Assembly: GCF_009914755.1 (NCBI RefSeq)
Contig: NC_060926.1
From: the human T2T-CHM13v2.0 reference genome, Homo sapiens
Length of the DNA stretch: 64,000 nt
Direction: 5' to 3' (one strand)
In this document: in pieces, positions 38,234 through 55,699 of the stretch
Position numbering within the stretch: the first letter of the stretch is position 1
Layout: the number at the start of each line of letters is the position of its first letter
Translations under genes and position numbers: made by a program
The notes under the pieces: generated by a model
The model's database searches: none
Seen by the model: only the letters and a program-made list of their open reading frames with translations
Told to the model about the DNA's origin: nothing

Positions 38234-38606
38234 TATCTTAGTTAACTCAGGCTGCTATAACAGAATACCATAGGCTGGGTGGCTTAAATAGCAGACATTT
38301 ATTTCTTGAAGTTCTGGAGGCTGGAAGTCAGAGATCAAAGTGCCAGATGGTCAGGTTCTGGTAAGGGCCTTCTTTTTGGTTTGCAAATGATCTTCTTCCT
38401 AGGTCCTGACATCAAGGACACTACAGAGAGAGAGAGAGAAGCTCTCTGGTTTCTTCTTAGGAGGGCACTAATCCCATACGAGGATTCCACCCTCATGACC
38501 TCATCTAAACCTAATTACCAAAGGCACCAACTCTAAATAATATCATACTGGGGGTTTGGGCTTCAACACGAAAATTTTGGCAGGACACAAACATTCGTAC
38601 ATAGCA
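38234..38606 (-). mobile_element. MLT1A-like MaLR solo LTR inserted in L1
   Basis: GCTGCTATAACAGAATACCATAGGCTGGGTGGCTTAAA...GGACACAAACATTC; L1 sequence continues on both sides. Confidence 0.8.
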
Positions 38607-38689
38607 GCAGGCATCCTTGTCTTGTTCTTTTAACTTAGGAGGGATAATTTCAGTCTTTCACCACGGAGTACGATGTTAGCTGCAGATAA

Positions 38690-40215
<1,526 letters not shown>

Positions 40216-41559
40216 CTGTCAATTTGCTGGTATTTTCAAGGAAAATACTTCTGGTTTCATTGCTTTTTTTCTATTGTTATTCTGCTCTCTGTTTTATGTC
40301 TCTCCACTCTAACCTTTATTATTTCCTTCCTTCTGCTAGCTTGGAGTTTAATTTGCTCTTCTTTTTCTAGCTCCTCGAGGTGTTAGGTTAGGGTGTTAAT
40401 TTAATATCTTTCTCTTTTTTTAATGTACGCATTTACAGCCATAAATTTCCCTCTGAGTACTGCCTTTGCTGCATCCCATAAGTTTTAATCATTCCTAATA
40501 TTCTTGTAAAAGTATTTTCATAACTATTCCATGAGTCACCTTTCCTACCATGTTGGAAAGAACATTAGCTTAGGGGGTCAGAAAGTAGACACTTTGTCTG
40601 CCACAGCCAAAGTAATAAAAGTACTAAGAGCTGAAGCTGTCCACATGCAGAAGACTGCATTAAGTACACAACAACTCTCAACAGAGAAAAGAACTTGCCA
40701 GAAGAGAAAAGAGGCATCTATGCTCGTGTGGTGGTCACAGAATATTCTCAAGACAACAATGCGAACAGTGCCAGGTGTTCTCACTGACACTCACTTTTCA
40801 AGGTCTACAAAAGTAAGTTTGCATTTTAGGCATCTTATTGAGTAACTACACTAGGAAACAACGAAGTGCTTATATATTCTGCAGGCCAAATAGATCATCA
40901 TGGCATGCCTTCTTCAAGTGTGTTTGTCTATTTCTGGTTTAAAAGAAGACATTTGCAAGTATCTAATGTGTTTGACTTATGTGTTTAAGGACGGTGTGAT
41001 TAGGGTTAAATAGTGCAAACCATAAAAGCACTTGTATAAGCTGCCCTGGAAACCATTGGCAGAGCTAAACAAAGTTATTATTTCACTTACTAGAAGAGTT
41101 TACTCGACATTAAACAAAAACTATTTCCCACCGAGGGTGTATATCTCCAAGATGACCTATTTGGCCAGAACATCAGGGCCCAAGATTATGTTTTTATATG
41201 AAGGAAGGAAACTTGTACGCATGTAATTTAAAGGATTAAAAAAACCCTTAAACTCAGTAGAATGTCATCATATACAAAAACTCTCTTTGGCTTTAAGGCT
41301 GCAATTCTGGCAACTAGATGGATGAAAAAACAATCAACAACCAGGGAGGGTAAAAGATAAAAACTCAAAAGGGGTATCTGCCTAGGTTCAAGTACAATAC
41401 TGGTAAGGCACTGTCTTCATTCATGTCTACGACGTCGAATGTTCTGAGGAAGGTACATTTAGGGGCTCTGTATCCCTCTTCTTATATAAACTCTAACAGG
41501 GAAACTATATTTAAAAGTTATGAAGAATTGAGAGGGAATTTTAAGAAGAACGAAGTGGC

Positions 41560-41770
41560 TGAATACCTACTGTCTGCCATTCTCTGAGGCAGGTGCTTTA
41601 CCTAGTTTATCTAACTTCTCTCTCTGCATCCCATAAGGTATTTATTATTTCCATTTTTAACATGAGGAAACTGAGGCTCAGAGAGGTAAGCAATGGATGC
41701 AACACCACCACAGACATAGCAGCAGAGCGGGTACCTGCTCCTGACTGCTTCAAAAGCTGCTGACTGCTCA
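41560..41770 (-). mobile_element. MIR SINE
   Basis: CCATTTTTAACATGAGGAAACTGAGGCTCAGAGAGGTAAG. Confidence 0.75.
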
Positions 41771-44194
41771 CTGCACCAGTTCAAACAGGAGCCACAGACA
41801 TGGCTCAAAATCCCTCAGGTAATGACTTACACGTTTTTAACTCCTTAAAACTATAATAGAAAAGAATGCTGTTACATATTACATTTTAACAAATTGAAGA
41901 AGATCAACAAATAAGCTGTGCTCATAAGTCATCCTGGGTTTTTCTTTTAGTTTCAGTTTTTTGCAGACTGAAATAAAGCTTCTCCTCCATCTTCATGCAC
42001 ATATTTAATTTCCTTCATCATTTTTTCAGAATCCAGATCAGCACTTTTTTGTTTACAAAATTATGCAAACCAGTACACTACACAACAGCCTAGAAGCCTG
42101 AGCAAAGACTGTAAAAATGATTTAAAAATTGCATGACATGACTTTCACCTAGTCAGAGAAGCAGAGAACACTTCAAATAATTATAAGAAATGTGAACAAC
42201 TCCAAGATACTATTGGTGATTCACCTATAAAACAATATTCCCAATCAATCTTTCAAGTTTCTAGATCAGATTAAATGAAAACATCCTGTCATCACAAAGA
42301 AAGTTTAAACACCGGTAACATTTCTGTCTACTCATGATTTAGGACTTTCTTAATGTTACAGTCCCAAAACTAATTAGAGAAATAAATAAATGTTTAAACC
42401 AATTTAGGATTGTAACAGTTGTCCACAATTCTCCAATTTTAATATTCTTCAGAATAGCTCATTTTTCTCACTAACTGAATTTGTTAGGAAATGTTATAAT
42501 TTGAATCAATAAACTTGTATTAATTCTGCTTCATTTATTGGACTTTTGCATAAGATCTGGAGACAGGCTTCCACTGGGAGTACAAGTCTAAAAAATAGTG
42601 TATTACTGCATGATATTTACCCAGTTACAACCATGCAAGTAATCAGATATTAGTAATTCAGGTGACAAAGCAATACTTTCAGCTAGGGTAATGAGAGAAG
42701 ACTTTAGTAAAGTGGTAAGAGAGGCAAAATAATTCATAACTGACTCCATGTGAAAATAGTGTCTATCATTAAAAAGCAAAGCCTGCTTTTTGGCATCAAG
42801 AGTTTATACTTGATATTTTAAAATGTTCCGACAAAAGTACATGAGATCAAATTTTCATAGCTGTTTTAGGCATCACTAGCAATATCATAAGTTGCTACCA
42901 AGTGATGAATTGTCCATGCAATTGTCGTCTTTAAGAAATCTAAAAGTGTATTACATTAATCATATATAGAACGCAAATGTTTGATAATAAAACTGAATGA
43001 CAGGCATAGAGAAAGGAGGCTCTGAACTCAAAGTAGATCTATGAATATGTTTCAGATTAAGGCAAAATCTTTATTATGCAAGTTCTCTTAAAAGATTTAA
43101 TGTTTAAAAAGTATAGAACTGAAGTTCTACAATGTTTAGGATTTAATATTTTTATATCTAAATGCAAATTTGTAAGCAGATCGATTTCTTTATGCTCCTC
43201 TTTTTTCATAGCCACTATTTTCCCAAAAGTTAATTTAAACTAATTTGAGGAGACAAAAGTAGTACAACACTTAAAAACTATGTCATATGAATAGATACCC
43301 ATTCATTTGCCTAGGATCGTGATTCTCAGTGCTGAAAAATGTCCTGAAGCCATTTTTTTTTTTAACAACAACAAAAAAGGAAATTCAACCTTTCATTAAA
43401 TTCTGACTTGTTTTTCTATGGAAGGGGAAAGCAAAATGTATTACATCTTATTTTTGGCCAAACATGCTAATAATGTTTGTAGTGAAATGCTCCCATCTTG
43501 TGGACTTTTTGAATATTGCTAACAGGAGCCACTTCTGCAGCATGGTTTTACACCAGCAGCTAGACATTTTCTTAGCATTTGAATTAGCTAGCATTTTTGT
43601 TACAAATCACTTTTGTTTATTCTTGTATTTTAAAAAGTCTTTAAATATTTTGATTTGAAATTCTGAAATCACAAACCTTTACTGGAAAAATCAACTTCTG
43701 GAAAAAGTTGGCTACTTGATCTGTCAAGGCATATGTAATTTTTTTGGTAAATTGAATTCTTTAATAATCAGACTTGTTTGAAAAATATAACTATACATAA
43801 TGCTCTTACTATATTATAAAATAAACTGTAAACCTGCACAAGTAATAATTTTTTTTACATATTAAACATGTATTTCTTACATATTAAAACATATATTTCA
43901 AGAAATTGTCTTTGGTATTAGTTTCCAACAATTCCAAACACTGTAGAACTTTGGAATGTTCTATATACTTTTTCAATGTTAAATCTTTTAAGATAACTCG
44001 TACAATAAGGGTTTTGGATAATGAAGATCTGGGTTAATATACCTGAGTTTTTCATGTTGACGTTAGAAACACATGACTTTGGAACACTTAATATTTTTTC
44101 TTCATTCTACGTTTGCATTAAACACTGAAAATGGCATTATGAGAGTAAAGTCTGAGAAAATACATTCAAAATCAAAAGTAAAAGAAAACCTATT

Positions 44195-44528
<334 letters not shown>

Positions 44529-45020
44529 CTAAAAAAAATTATAGCCATATAGTAGACATAGAAATGGTATAAAGGCTTAAACAAACAGATGTACCAGATG
44601 TTTAAGTGCTAAATATCAGAAGTGATTTTTTAAAGCTTTCCACACAAAACCTAGCACAGTTACTAGACACAATTAGAACTAAATAAAGCATTTATTTGAG
44701 ATTTTATATGTTGCTAAGTTGTTCGCGTTTTTCAACAGAAAAGATAAATTCAACACTGCAGAAAAATTTCTATCTGCTATAACATTCCCATTGATACCCT
44801 AATAAGTTATTCTAAATACTCATAGATATATCAATGAAAAGTTAAAATCTATCTGGAAATTAAAATATTTAGTTCTATATTTCTGGTATCTCAGACCCAC
44901 TGCCTAGCTGGCAGCTACAGAGGACAGGCTCCTGGCCCCAAGAAACAGACTTGGGGAAGCGCAGTTACAGCTGTGAGGTCTTAGGTAACTCCTGCTCTCT
45001 GCCTCTTAGGGTTAGAAGTA

Positions 45021-45229
45021 CAGGTTGAGTATTCCTTATCTGAAATGCTTGGGACTAGAAGTGTTTCAGATTTGGGAGTTTCGGCAGTACCAGCTGAGCA
45101 TCCCTAATCCAAAAATCCAAAATCCCAAATGCTCCAGTGAGCATTTCCTTTGAACATCACGTCGGCACTCAGTTTCAGATTTGGGGGCATTTCAGATTTC
45201 AGATTTTCAGATTAGGGATATGCAACCTG
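45021..45229 (+). mobile_element. Tigger4a/MER46 (Zombi)-like DNA transposon inserted in a MIR
   Basis: TA|CAGGTTGAGTATTCCTTATCTGAAA...TTTCAGATTAGGGATATGCAACCTG terminal inverted repeats. Confidence 0.8.
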
Positions 45230-45534
45230 CATTAAATGTGATAAGCTAGGTAAAGTGCTTAATCCAATGCATGGGACAGAATGAGGGCTCACATAATATA
45301 TTAGCTACTACTTTTATTAGACTGTGCCCTGCATATAATAAATTCTATAAATATTTGTTTAATAAATGAACACAATTAAAATGTTTAGCACAACAGAACT
45401 GGAGTCATCTAAGTACATGGCCTTTTAAAAACAATTCTGACAACAAGTCTCTAAGAAGAAACTGAGTCTCTAAGAAGACTCTGAAGTGAGAGGAACCTGT
45501 CTAGAAGTAGTCAATCCAAAGCAACTCCACCAGA

Positions 45535-46154
45535 ATGTAAATTAGTACAACCTCTATGGAAAACAGTATGGAGATTTCCTCAAAGAGCTAAATGCAGATC
45601 CACCATTTGATCCAGCAAGCCCATCACTAGGTATCTACCCAAAGGGAAAAGAGTCATTATATGAAAAAGACACTTGCACATATATGTTTATAGCAGCACA
45701 ATTCACAATTGCAAAGATGTGGAACCAACCTAAGTACCCACTGACTAATGAGTGGATAAAGAAAATGTGGTTTATATACACCATGGAATACTACTCAGCC
45801 ATTAAAAGGAACAAAATAACATATTTTGCAGCAACTTGGATGGAGCTTGAGGCCATTATTCTAAGTGAAGTAAAACAAGAGTGGAAAACCAACAACCATA
45901 TGTTCTTACTTATAAGTGGGAGCCAAGTTATGAGTAAGCAAAGGCATACAGAGTAAAATAATAGACTTTAGAGACTCAGAAGGGACAGGATGGGAGGAAG
46001 GCTAGGGAAAAAAAACTACATATTGGGTACAATCCACACTACTTGGATAATGGGTGCACTAAATCTCAGAATACACCACTAAATAATTCATCCATGCAAC
46101 AAAAAACCACTTGTACTCCAAAAGCTATTGAAATAAAAATTTTAAAAAACACAG
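45535..46154 (+). mobile_element. 5'-truncated L1 (L1PB/L1MA-like) 3' end with 15-bp TSD
   Basis: ORF2 C-terminus MFIAAQFTIAKMWNQPK; TSD AGCAACTCCACCAGA at 45520-45534 and 46155-46169. Confidence 0.9.
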
Positions 46155-47449
46155 AGCAACTCCACCAGACCATGGCATTCATAAATGGATTATGAATGTA
46201 AGAAACCTTAGAAATGCAGCTGAACTCAGAGTTACAGGGAATGCCTTCAAAAACATTGCTGTGATTTTAGCATCACCTGACATAAGGCAGAAGCCGCCAA
46301 GTGTTAGGTGAAATATACAGTCATCATTCAGTCAATGTGTACTGAGAAGCTACTATGTGTCCGGCCCAGGGATATACTGGTATATAACAAAAGAAACATT
46401 TTACCCATATTTAAGCCTAAAGAATGAAGTATCTGGATGGACGGTATTCTCTTCAAGATAAAGTGAGGCTTCTCATCTACCACCTCCCCAATTCATGCCT
46501 TCCTCAATCCAAAAGTTATCATCAGATTTCTTTATTCTTTCAGAAATACCCACTACTGCCTAAATACTGATCACTTGTCTAGAAGCAAAAAAATTCAGCA
46601 ATGTTTAAGAAAGTTACAGTTCATGAAGTGTATAGTCTCATTCAGGAGACAAATATTAAAGAAATAGCAATGCAAATATGTATAAGAAGGTAACTATGGC
46701 CAGTGTTATGAAAGAACACACTAGTACATAAAGGACTCATCTAATAAAGCCTCGAAGGATGGGGGGGCTTGGTAACAAAAGGCTTCCTAAGGCAGTAATA
46801 TTTAAGATGAGACCAGAAGAAGGAGGTGGGATGGGCCAAAGAGAAGAGCACATGAAAAGTAAACAGTAAGAGGGAGAAGGAGCCGGAGCCAGGCTGAGGA
46901 CACTGCGAACTCCAGCAGAAACCTGGTGCCTGAATACAGGTTTTGACCAATTATATCCTTTTGTCTTTAGAGCCCAATTTGATATGCACAGACCATCATT
47001 TGCACTTTATACTATCTATAAGTCAAAATCATTATTATTCTAAAAGCAACTCATTAGTTGCTCTCCTGCCCATGATATCTTTCCTACACCTAGCAGTCTT
47101 CAATGCCACAAAAATCACCTTTCATTCACTCTCAACCAGGGGTTTGTATATCAGAGAGCCAGACCATGGCAAGAAACAGGAAGGAAGGCAGTTTTTTAAA
47201 TGATACAAAAAGTTGGCTATAAATCCATCATTAAAAAATAAAGAATAAAACGATCCTAAGAAACAAGAAAGTATTGCGACAGGGGAGACACAAAGGGAAA
47301 TTAGTCTTATAAATTCTTGCAGATGTTTAGAATAACTAATTTTCTTTCAATACCCTGCAACAGGACTGTAGGTGAGGTTATTTACTTCCTAGCTCACATA
47401 GAAAATGCCACAATGTGCTATTTCTATAACCCAACTTTTATTATCTTTA

Positions 47450-47607
47450 AAAGACAAGGTTTCACTAGTCACCCAGGCTGGAGTGTGGTAGCTATTCACA
47501 GGCACAGTCATGGCACGCTGCAGCCTCCAACTCCCAGGCTCAAGTGATCCTCCTACCTCAGCCTCCCGAGTAGCTGGGATTACAGGCGTACTCCACCATG
47601 CCCGACT
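47450..47607 (-). mobile_element. FAM-like (7SL-derived) Alu monomer
   Basis: Contains the GCTATTCACAGGC 7SL/FAM-type segment. Confidence 0.75.
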
Positions 47608-47819
47608 CTATTAATCATTTCATCTTTACTGTGGGATAGCCAATTACTTTCTGAACTTTTCATTTACCTTAATTTTTCCACCCAGGTTCATTCCTATTCC
47701 CTTCCCACCGTGAGAGTCTCAAAACAAGCTCCCTTGAATCAACAGGCTTCCCTAACTCAGGCCAAGCTGCACTGATACAGCAAATAGGCCCTGAAGCATC
47801 AGGGTAATGGCCACACATT

Positions 47820-48390
47820 TTTCAAGACCCTGCAACGAATCCCCATCTTACTCAGGGTAAAAGCCAAAGTCCTTACCATGGTCCTCCAAAAGGGGTCCAT
47901 GAACCCCACTGGTGACCCGACCTGACCTCCTACTCACTTGCTTACTGCACCCCATCTCACCACATCAGCTCCCTTGTTGCTGTTCCTTCAACATTGATTC
48001 CAGGTGCTCTCTGGCCCGGAACTGTTCCCTCTGCCTGGAAATGCTTTCTCAGATACCTGCCTGGAAAACTGTCTTGCCTCCTTCAACCCTTCCTCAACTC
48101 TTCCCTTCTCCATGAGGACAATCCTGATCCCCTTACTTAATGCAGAACCTGCACTACTCTTCATCTCCTTAACTCTCTTCTACCTTTTATTCTTTCCACC
48201 ACACTTGCTGCCTTTAACATGCTAATTATGTATTATATATGTTGTTTATTACCCATCACTCTCTGACAGACTGCAAGCTCCTCGGGGCAGGGATCTTTGC
48301 TGGTTTTGTTCATGGATACACCCAAGCTCTCAGAACTGTGCCTGGTCCATAATAGGTGTCCAATAACTGTTTTCTGAATAAATGAATGAA
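47820..48390 (+). mobile_element. L2 3' fragment
   Basis: GGGTAAAAGCCAAAGTCCTTACCATGG...GGGCAGGGATCTTTG...TGAATAAATGAATGAAT tail. Confidence 0.75.
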
Positions 48391-51300
48391 TTTTAAGCTT
48401 TCTCCCCTTAATTTCTCTCACATCTTTGGATGTTGCTGGAAATCTAGTAACAACAACAAAATAAATAAGTAGCAAAATACACAAATAGGTAAACTAAAAA
48501 AAAGCCAAACACGTCAGTTTAATGCATTTCATTGTTTTCTCCACACAACAAAAGTAGGCATGATTTAAAGATACATCAAAATAAGCTAAAAAATTATGCC
48601 CTTCACCTTTATCTTTAGAAATCTCAATTGTCCAATTTTCACAAAGACATGGATAAAAATAATGCAAAGCCAGAAATGCACATTGAATGGTCAACATTAC
48701 ATCTGATTATGGCTATATTTATACAAGGTTTGCAGGCTCACTCTTCACACTGAACTTGGCAAATATACAAATGTCATTTATTTCTGTCCAGATAAAACAT
48801 GATTTCTATTATAGATGACACAATCTTTATTTCAGTAAAAACCTGCTTAGTTTCCTCTCCTATATGGGGAATTATCTTGTAATTTTACAAATAACTAGAT
48901 CAGGCTTTATCTTTAAAAAGATAAAGATATGGATAAAATATTGAACCTCTGCGGTCAAAGCAAGTGTGTTTTGAGAATAAAGATGGAAACAATAATTATA
49001 TAAAAGATAGTAATTTAATAAATTTTGAATGATGACAACACCAATACCTACAAATAAGTCATATATCAAAAACAAAGAATTTCATGAAGATTCTAAGCTA
49101 TATATAAAAAACACCAAAATAGCATGCATTAAACAGTTTTTGGAATAAATATTGCTAGTATCTCAAAAACTAAAGAGAAAAATTATCAGTACAAAGGATG
49201 GACTTTGTACTACAAAGGAGGTGAAGCAACAACTTCCTCTAAACTAACTAATGTTAAATTTTTCATGCTATCCACATTCATAACTTAAGTCCACATGCAA
49301 AAGAAACAAGCTTGTGCAATAATCCAGGCCAAATGATGGCGGGGAAGAGAGGGAAGGAGAGCTGATCATCACCCAGAAAATGATGGAGAGAGCAAGCAGG
49401 TTAGTGAGAGCTACAAGAGGTATGAGATGACTACATGTGATAAAATGAAGCTTATGAAAGCTTTGGGTGAATATCAGGAGAGGTTATCATAAAATATGAT
49501 GTTTTATTATGAGAATGTCCTAAATAATGTATAGAAATAACATTACTTGAATAATTTAAAAATAACAGGTCTATTAAAGTCATAAATTAGATGTCCATAT
49601 TGTCTGTACAGCAAATTGCTACTTCAATGAAATGGAAAATGGCTACTATTCTGAAGCACCCTTAGAACTTATTCAACTGTTCTTTAAACATCAAAATAAA
49701 GTACCAAAATAAAGAATGTTGTTATCCTTATCACAAACTTATTCTGACCATATCATGGCCTGGGTAAAAGATTGACTGAGCAGTGTCAAAACAGAAATTT
49801 AAAGCACTATCTTCATGAAAACTACTTAAATTCATTTTTTTAAAAACCACTATCATTCTGCTTTAAATGCCAGAAATAAAGTTTTAGATTAAAATATTTC
49901 AATGGTTGTCTAAAATGCTGCAATAAAAACTAGACAAAAAATTTTTAGTTTTTATTTTACTCCCTTTCTTACTAAATGTATGTTAAAAAAAAAAAAAACT
50001 CTCAAATGATCCAGACAAAAGCTTTCAACTCAACACATAATTGCAAGAAAATTACAATAATTGTACCAATTAAAACCATCTTGAATGAACAGTGTGTCAT
50101 CTTAATGTTCCCGTGGTTTACAGAGGGGTCTATTTAATTCGCTGAAATTGCTTTCCAGTGTTAGTATCAAATGTCATTTGTTAAAAGTTGAACAATTTAG
50201 AAAATAATTTAACAATTTCACCAAACACCAAGAACCAACATTTTCTTTTTCACCTGAATAAAGCCAGCAGATGTGTCATCAAATTGCTATAAAAATAAAC
50301 GAGGCTTTTTATGCATTAAAAAAATAAATTTTACTACTAGCGTTAAAAATACTATTTTCTGATTGTTTTTACCAAATCAGATTTCTTTAGTACAACAAAT
50401 GAATATCAATTACATACTGCTGCTTTTTGTCGGCTGTAAATAAAACTTTCTCTTATTCAAATGACAAGCAATAGCATCAAAGAACTCAACTACAGTTAAC
50501 TAGAAACATAATCATCTAGATTATTCTCACATACTTTAATATCTGGCTTTTCAATATGTTAATCAAAGTGTCTTCCTATAGTTTTTCATTCCAAATCCTT
50601 ATTATATATAATTATTTTAAGTCAATTCATACGAATTATCAATGATTGCTTACTATATTTTTTCTCTTCCTTAGACTAGCTACGAAATATTCTTTGTAAG
50701 TAGTTGCAGGCATTTAAGACTTAAATATACCTATTTCACCAGGAAGAGAAGAAAAGCATCTCAAAATCACCCCAAATCCAGCCCAGTCATAGATGGCAAG
50801 CCTGCCAAATGCCGAAGTTTAAAGTAATGAGTTGGTTTAATGGCAAAGCAAAGTTCACATCCCTCATTCTATCCCCACCTAACACCTCTGCACTTTCCAA
50901 AGTGCAAGAATACATAAGGCACCTAGCAAAGTACCTGACGTGAAGGAAGGAGGTCAGTAACACTAAGTGACTCGACCTCCTTAAGCAAGGACCCATGTGA
51001 GATAACTAGTTCTCCTGTGCCCAAGTTTACAAATTTCTTGAAATCTAGAAATACATTCCTGGAGTAATATACTACTCCTAAACCAATTCAGACAGGGTCT
51101 AAGAATCTAAAGCAGCCACAAATTCCTTCCACTACTGTTTCTTAAGACATCACTCCACAGTTCCTAAACGAAGGCTTATTCTTTTTTATGACACATTTTT
51201 ATTTACACACAAATGATAACAACAACAATCTTGAGGATAGATGAGAGTGTCAAGGGATTACCTGTTTACATTAAATAGGGCTTTATGTATAAATATAACA

Positions 51301-51858
51301 TGCGAAAAATAAACCTCATTATATTGGTATGAATTATTACGAGGCACTTAAATATTTTTAAAACTTAAGTTTTAACCGCTTAGCAAACGTTCATAATTAT
51401 ACAGCACTTGTATTATAATACAAACGTTTATTCACGAAATAAAACCTTGTATGTACAATAAAATATTGTACTACAGAACCAAGAGAAAAACGAATCATGC
51501 ATCTCACAATAAGATGATTTGTAAAACCTCAAAGACCAGATGCAATTCAGTACCACTTCTCAATAGGCAGACAGTAATTATACATCACTGCATCTACTGG
51601 AACACCTACTTGATACAGCACACAGGTTTAAACCACTAAACTACTTTCACATAAATTAAACAGCAAAACCTAGAAGAGCTCAAATCTGTGGACTAATACA
51701 ACAACATCTATAATTCTAAAACCAGTTATTTACTTAGAAAACATTAAATGTGTACATAAAAAATAGGAACTAGAAAAATAGGAAAACCATATACTGACAA
51801 TACTCTAAGGAAATAAAAGTTATCTGAAATCTTAGAAGTGTATATAAACTATACACTA

Positions 51859-52150
51859 AGGCTGGGCACAGTGTTTCACGCCTGTAATCCCAGCACTTTG
51901 GGAGGCCAAGACAGGAGAAATGCTTGAGCCCAGGAGTTTAAGACCAGCCTGGGCAACACTGCAAGTCCCCGCCTCTACAAAAAAATAAAAAGAAAGAGCC
52001 AGGAGTCCTGGTGCACGCCTACAGTCCTAGCTACTTGGGAGGCTGAGATGGGAGGATGACTTGAGTCCAGGAGTTTGAGGCTACAGTGAGCTATGATTGT
52101 GCCACTGTGCTCCAACCCGGGTGACAGAGAGAGATCCTGTTTCTAAAAAA
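51859..52150 (+). mobile_element. Alu (AluJ-like)
   Basis: Alu dimer. Confidence 0.88.
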
Positions 52151-52407
52151 TTTTTTAAAATTTTAAATAAACTTTATATACCTGAAAAAGGAAAAGTTTG
52201 TCCAAATAAAGTCATAGATTTTACATGACAGGATATATACCTGTGCTAATACAACTCCAAAATTATAATGGAATTAATAAGAATGATTAAATCCAGGAGT
52301 ATACATTTTATACATATTATTTTGTATTGTCTGCTTTATACGCGTTTTTTTTTTTTTTTTAACTCAACCTAAAATAAAGTAAAATACAAAGAGGTCACAA
52401 AAGGTAC

Positions 52408-52570
52408 CTTTCGTAGATGGTTTTTAATGTCATTTGATCTGGAATACCTTCAGTCTCTTCCAAATATAATATGAGCCATGAAGTCCGGTATGGCCACTGC
52501 TCAGTAAGGTTGATCCAGCTAGCAAGCCTGTCCCAGTTGAAACTAATCTGATTGGCTCTCAGTAATCGTC
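52408..52570 (-). CDS. KIDINS220: KIDINS220 coding exon (~exon 22)
   Basis: aaaag|GACGAT...GAAAG|gtacct; 163 nt; [54 protein letters not shown](R). Confidence 0.95.
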
Positions 52571-53915
52571 CTTTTAAAAAATACAAAAGCATTTTAAAAT
52601 TAATAGATGTGTGATAGCATGTTAAGTAAAACATTTAGTATATTCACAAATATTTTAAATTTCTAAAATTTACCATTTAATTTATACTACAAATTCAAAT
52701 CTAGTACTGCCATGGCTTCTAAAATCCAAAGAGCTGCATTAAGTAAAGCTTTTAGGGCTTAAACACAATTTTAATTCTAAAGCAATTTTTTGGTTGTTTG
52801 ATTTGCCACTGGTGAGATATACTTCTTCGACCACGTATATGCAGGCAAACATCTTTCAGAACTGTGTCACACAGTTCAACGCCACCCACGATCATTGAGC
52901 AGAACATCCATTCACCCACAATGGACCCCAATCCTCTAAAGTGCCATCTGCTGAGATCCTATTGATGGACTATAAACAGATCCAAATATGCCAGTCCATT
53001 CTCGTTGTAGTATAGATGAATGGGCAATCCCACAGGCTTTCATTTTCACATACTAAGGGTGGTCTATGTAAGTAACCTACCAACTGAGTTGTAATGTTTC
53101 TAATATTTATTATTTACGTATTTTAAAACAACCCTGTCTATTGCTGGGATTTTCTGAGGACTCTGATTTGCTGTTCTACCACTAGGCTTGTGTACATGTA
53201 GACAGTCGCAATCCTCAAACTTTCAGAACGGATGCCTTGTTTCATTGTATCATGTTTCACCATGATTTGGTAGAAATTCTGAGCTGCTGATACTGTTGTT
53301 AAATTTTCAAACATTGTCAATTTTACTTCATCATTATCTATTTTGTTTGTATGTAGACTAAGATACCTATTTGTTTTAGTTCCAATATGAGTTATTCCTT
53401 TCCCTACTACTAACAGATATATACATATAGATATATAGATAGATATAGATATACATATAGATATATAAGCCCCAATCCAATTCTTCCTATATCACCAGGC
53501 CCTCACTTCCTCAGCAAATCTGCTCATACACAGAAATTATATTTTCATGGCTGGATTCCTCTTCCCTGGAAGGTGAGATGTGAGCATTGATGGAGACATG
53601 GCTATGCTGGAGATATACACACAGTGCTGTGTGAAAAGAGAAAATGAGCACCAAATTTAGAAGCGGCAGTTAAGGGAAGATTTCCTTAAGAATATAACTA
53701 CTAAAAAGAAAAAGACAAAAAAAAAAGAATGTAACTAACCACTAGAACTAAGCGATGAAGGATGAACCCAAGTTAGTCTGGTGGGAAGGCACGGGCTGGC
53801 AGAGACAAGGGAAGCAGAGTGAGGACATTCAGACAAAAGGAACAGCAAATGCACCATGCATGCATGCAAAGTCATGAAGGAACCGGTAGACAGAGAGAAC
53901 TGGAAAACTATTTTA

Positions 53916-54229
<314 letters not shown>

Positions 54230-54231
54230 GC

Positions 54232-54331
54232 ATGAGTTAATAAAAATAAATATTCTATCCTAAGAATATATCTAGCCTATAATGAGTGAATAAAAATAAA
54301 TATTCTATCCTAAGAATATATCTAGCCTATA
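54232..54331 (+). repeat. 50-bp tandem duplication
   Basis: Two copies of ATGAGT(T/G)AATAAAAATAAATATTCTATCCTAAGAATATATCTAGCCTATA, one mismatch. Confidence 0.95.
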
Positions 54332-55147
54332 ATTAGCTAAAAAGAAAGCAATATCAAAAGAAAATTCTGAACAACGAATATGTCTAAGATAATTTTTTAA
54401 TCTTATCTTCCAAAATAATCCAATAAAACAAATTTGAAATAAAGTACATTTGATACAGCACAATTTTTAATTAGGAAACCACTCAACTAAATACTTATCA
54501 ATATTTATCTACTAAAACCTCAAATTCTTTTCTGATATTAATCTCTCTATTGAATGACTTTCCTAATAGCAACAACTATTTGCATGGTGTTGGGCGGGTA
54601 ACATACACTTTTGCATACATGGGAAATGGGGATTCAAGAGGCTAAGAAGTAACATGCCCGTGACTCAAACCCAAGTCTTTTGCCTTCAAATTCTATCCTT
54701 TCCAATAAAATATATTTCCCTACACACTTCCAACTAATGTTACTCAATGAAATGGAAAACATCACAAAAAAAGAAATCAAAATTTCATTAAACACACAGA
54801 TTTAAACCTGTAAGTTATTTTTCAACATAGCACTTTTAGGCAATGAAACTAATGGTGTTAGGGGCTTTTATAAAATGAAAATTTTACTTAGAAATTTTTC
54901 ATAGGCAGAGTTATATTTGATGAGACATAAAAGACAAATATCTCTGATTTAACAATTGGAAAGTCTACTGTATAGTCAGAATAATATTAGAGAAATTCGT
55001 ACATTTGAAATGTGGCTTTAGGAAGATATTTTCTTTCTATTCTGAAATGTGTAAACATCATTATTTTAAAAATGTGTATCTCAGTATCAACTATTAAATG
55101 ATGTTAATTTGGTCCTCTTTAGAGTGTCTGAAAATGTCTAAATATAA

Positions 55148-55699
<552 letters not shown>

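Noticed and set aside
52176-52198. Second AG|GT motif CTTTTCCTTTTTCAG|GTATAT
   Set aside because: The regenerated donor is weak and it lies only ~225 nt from the real donor, beside an Alu tail.
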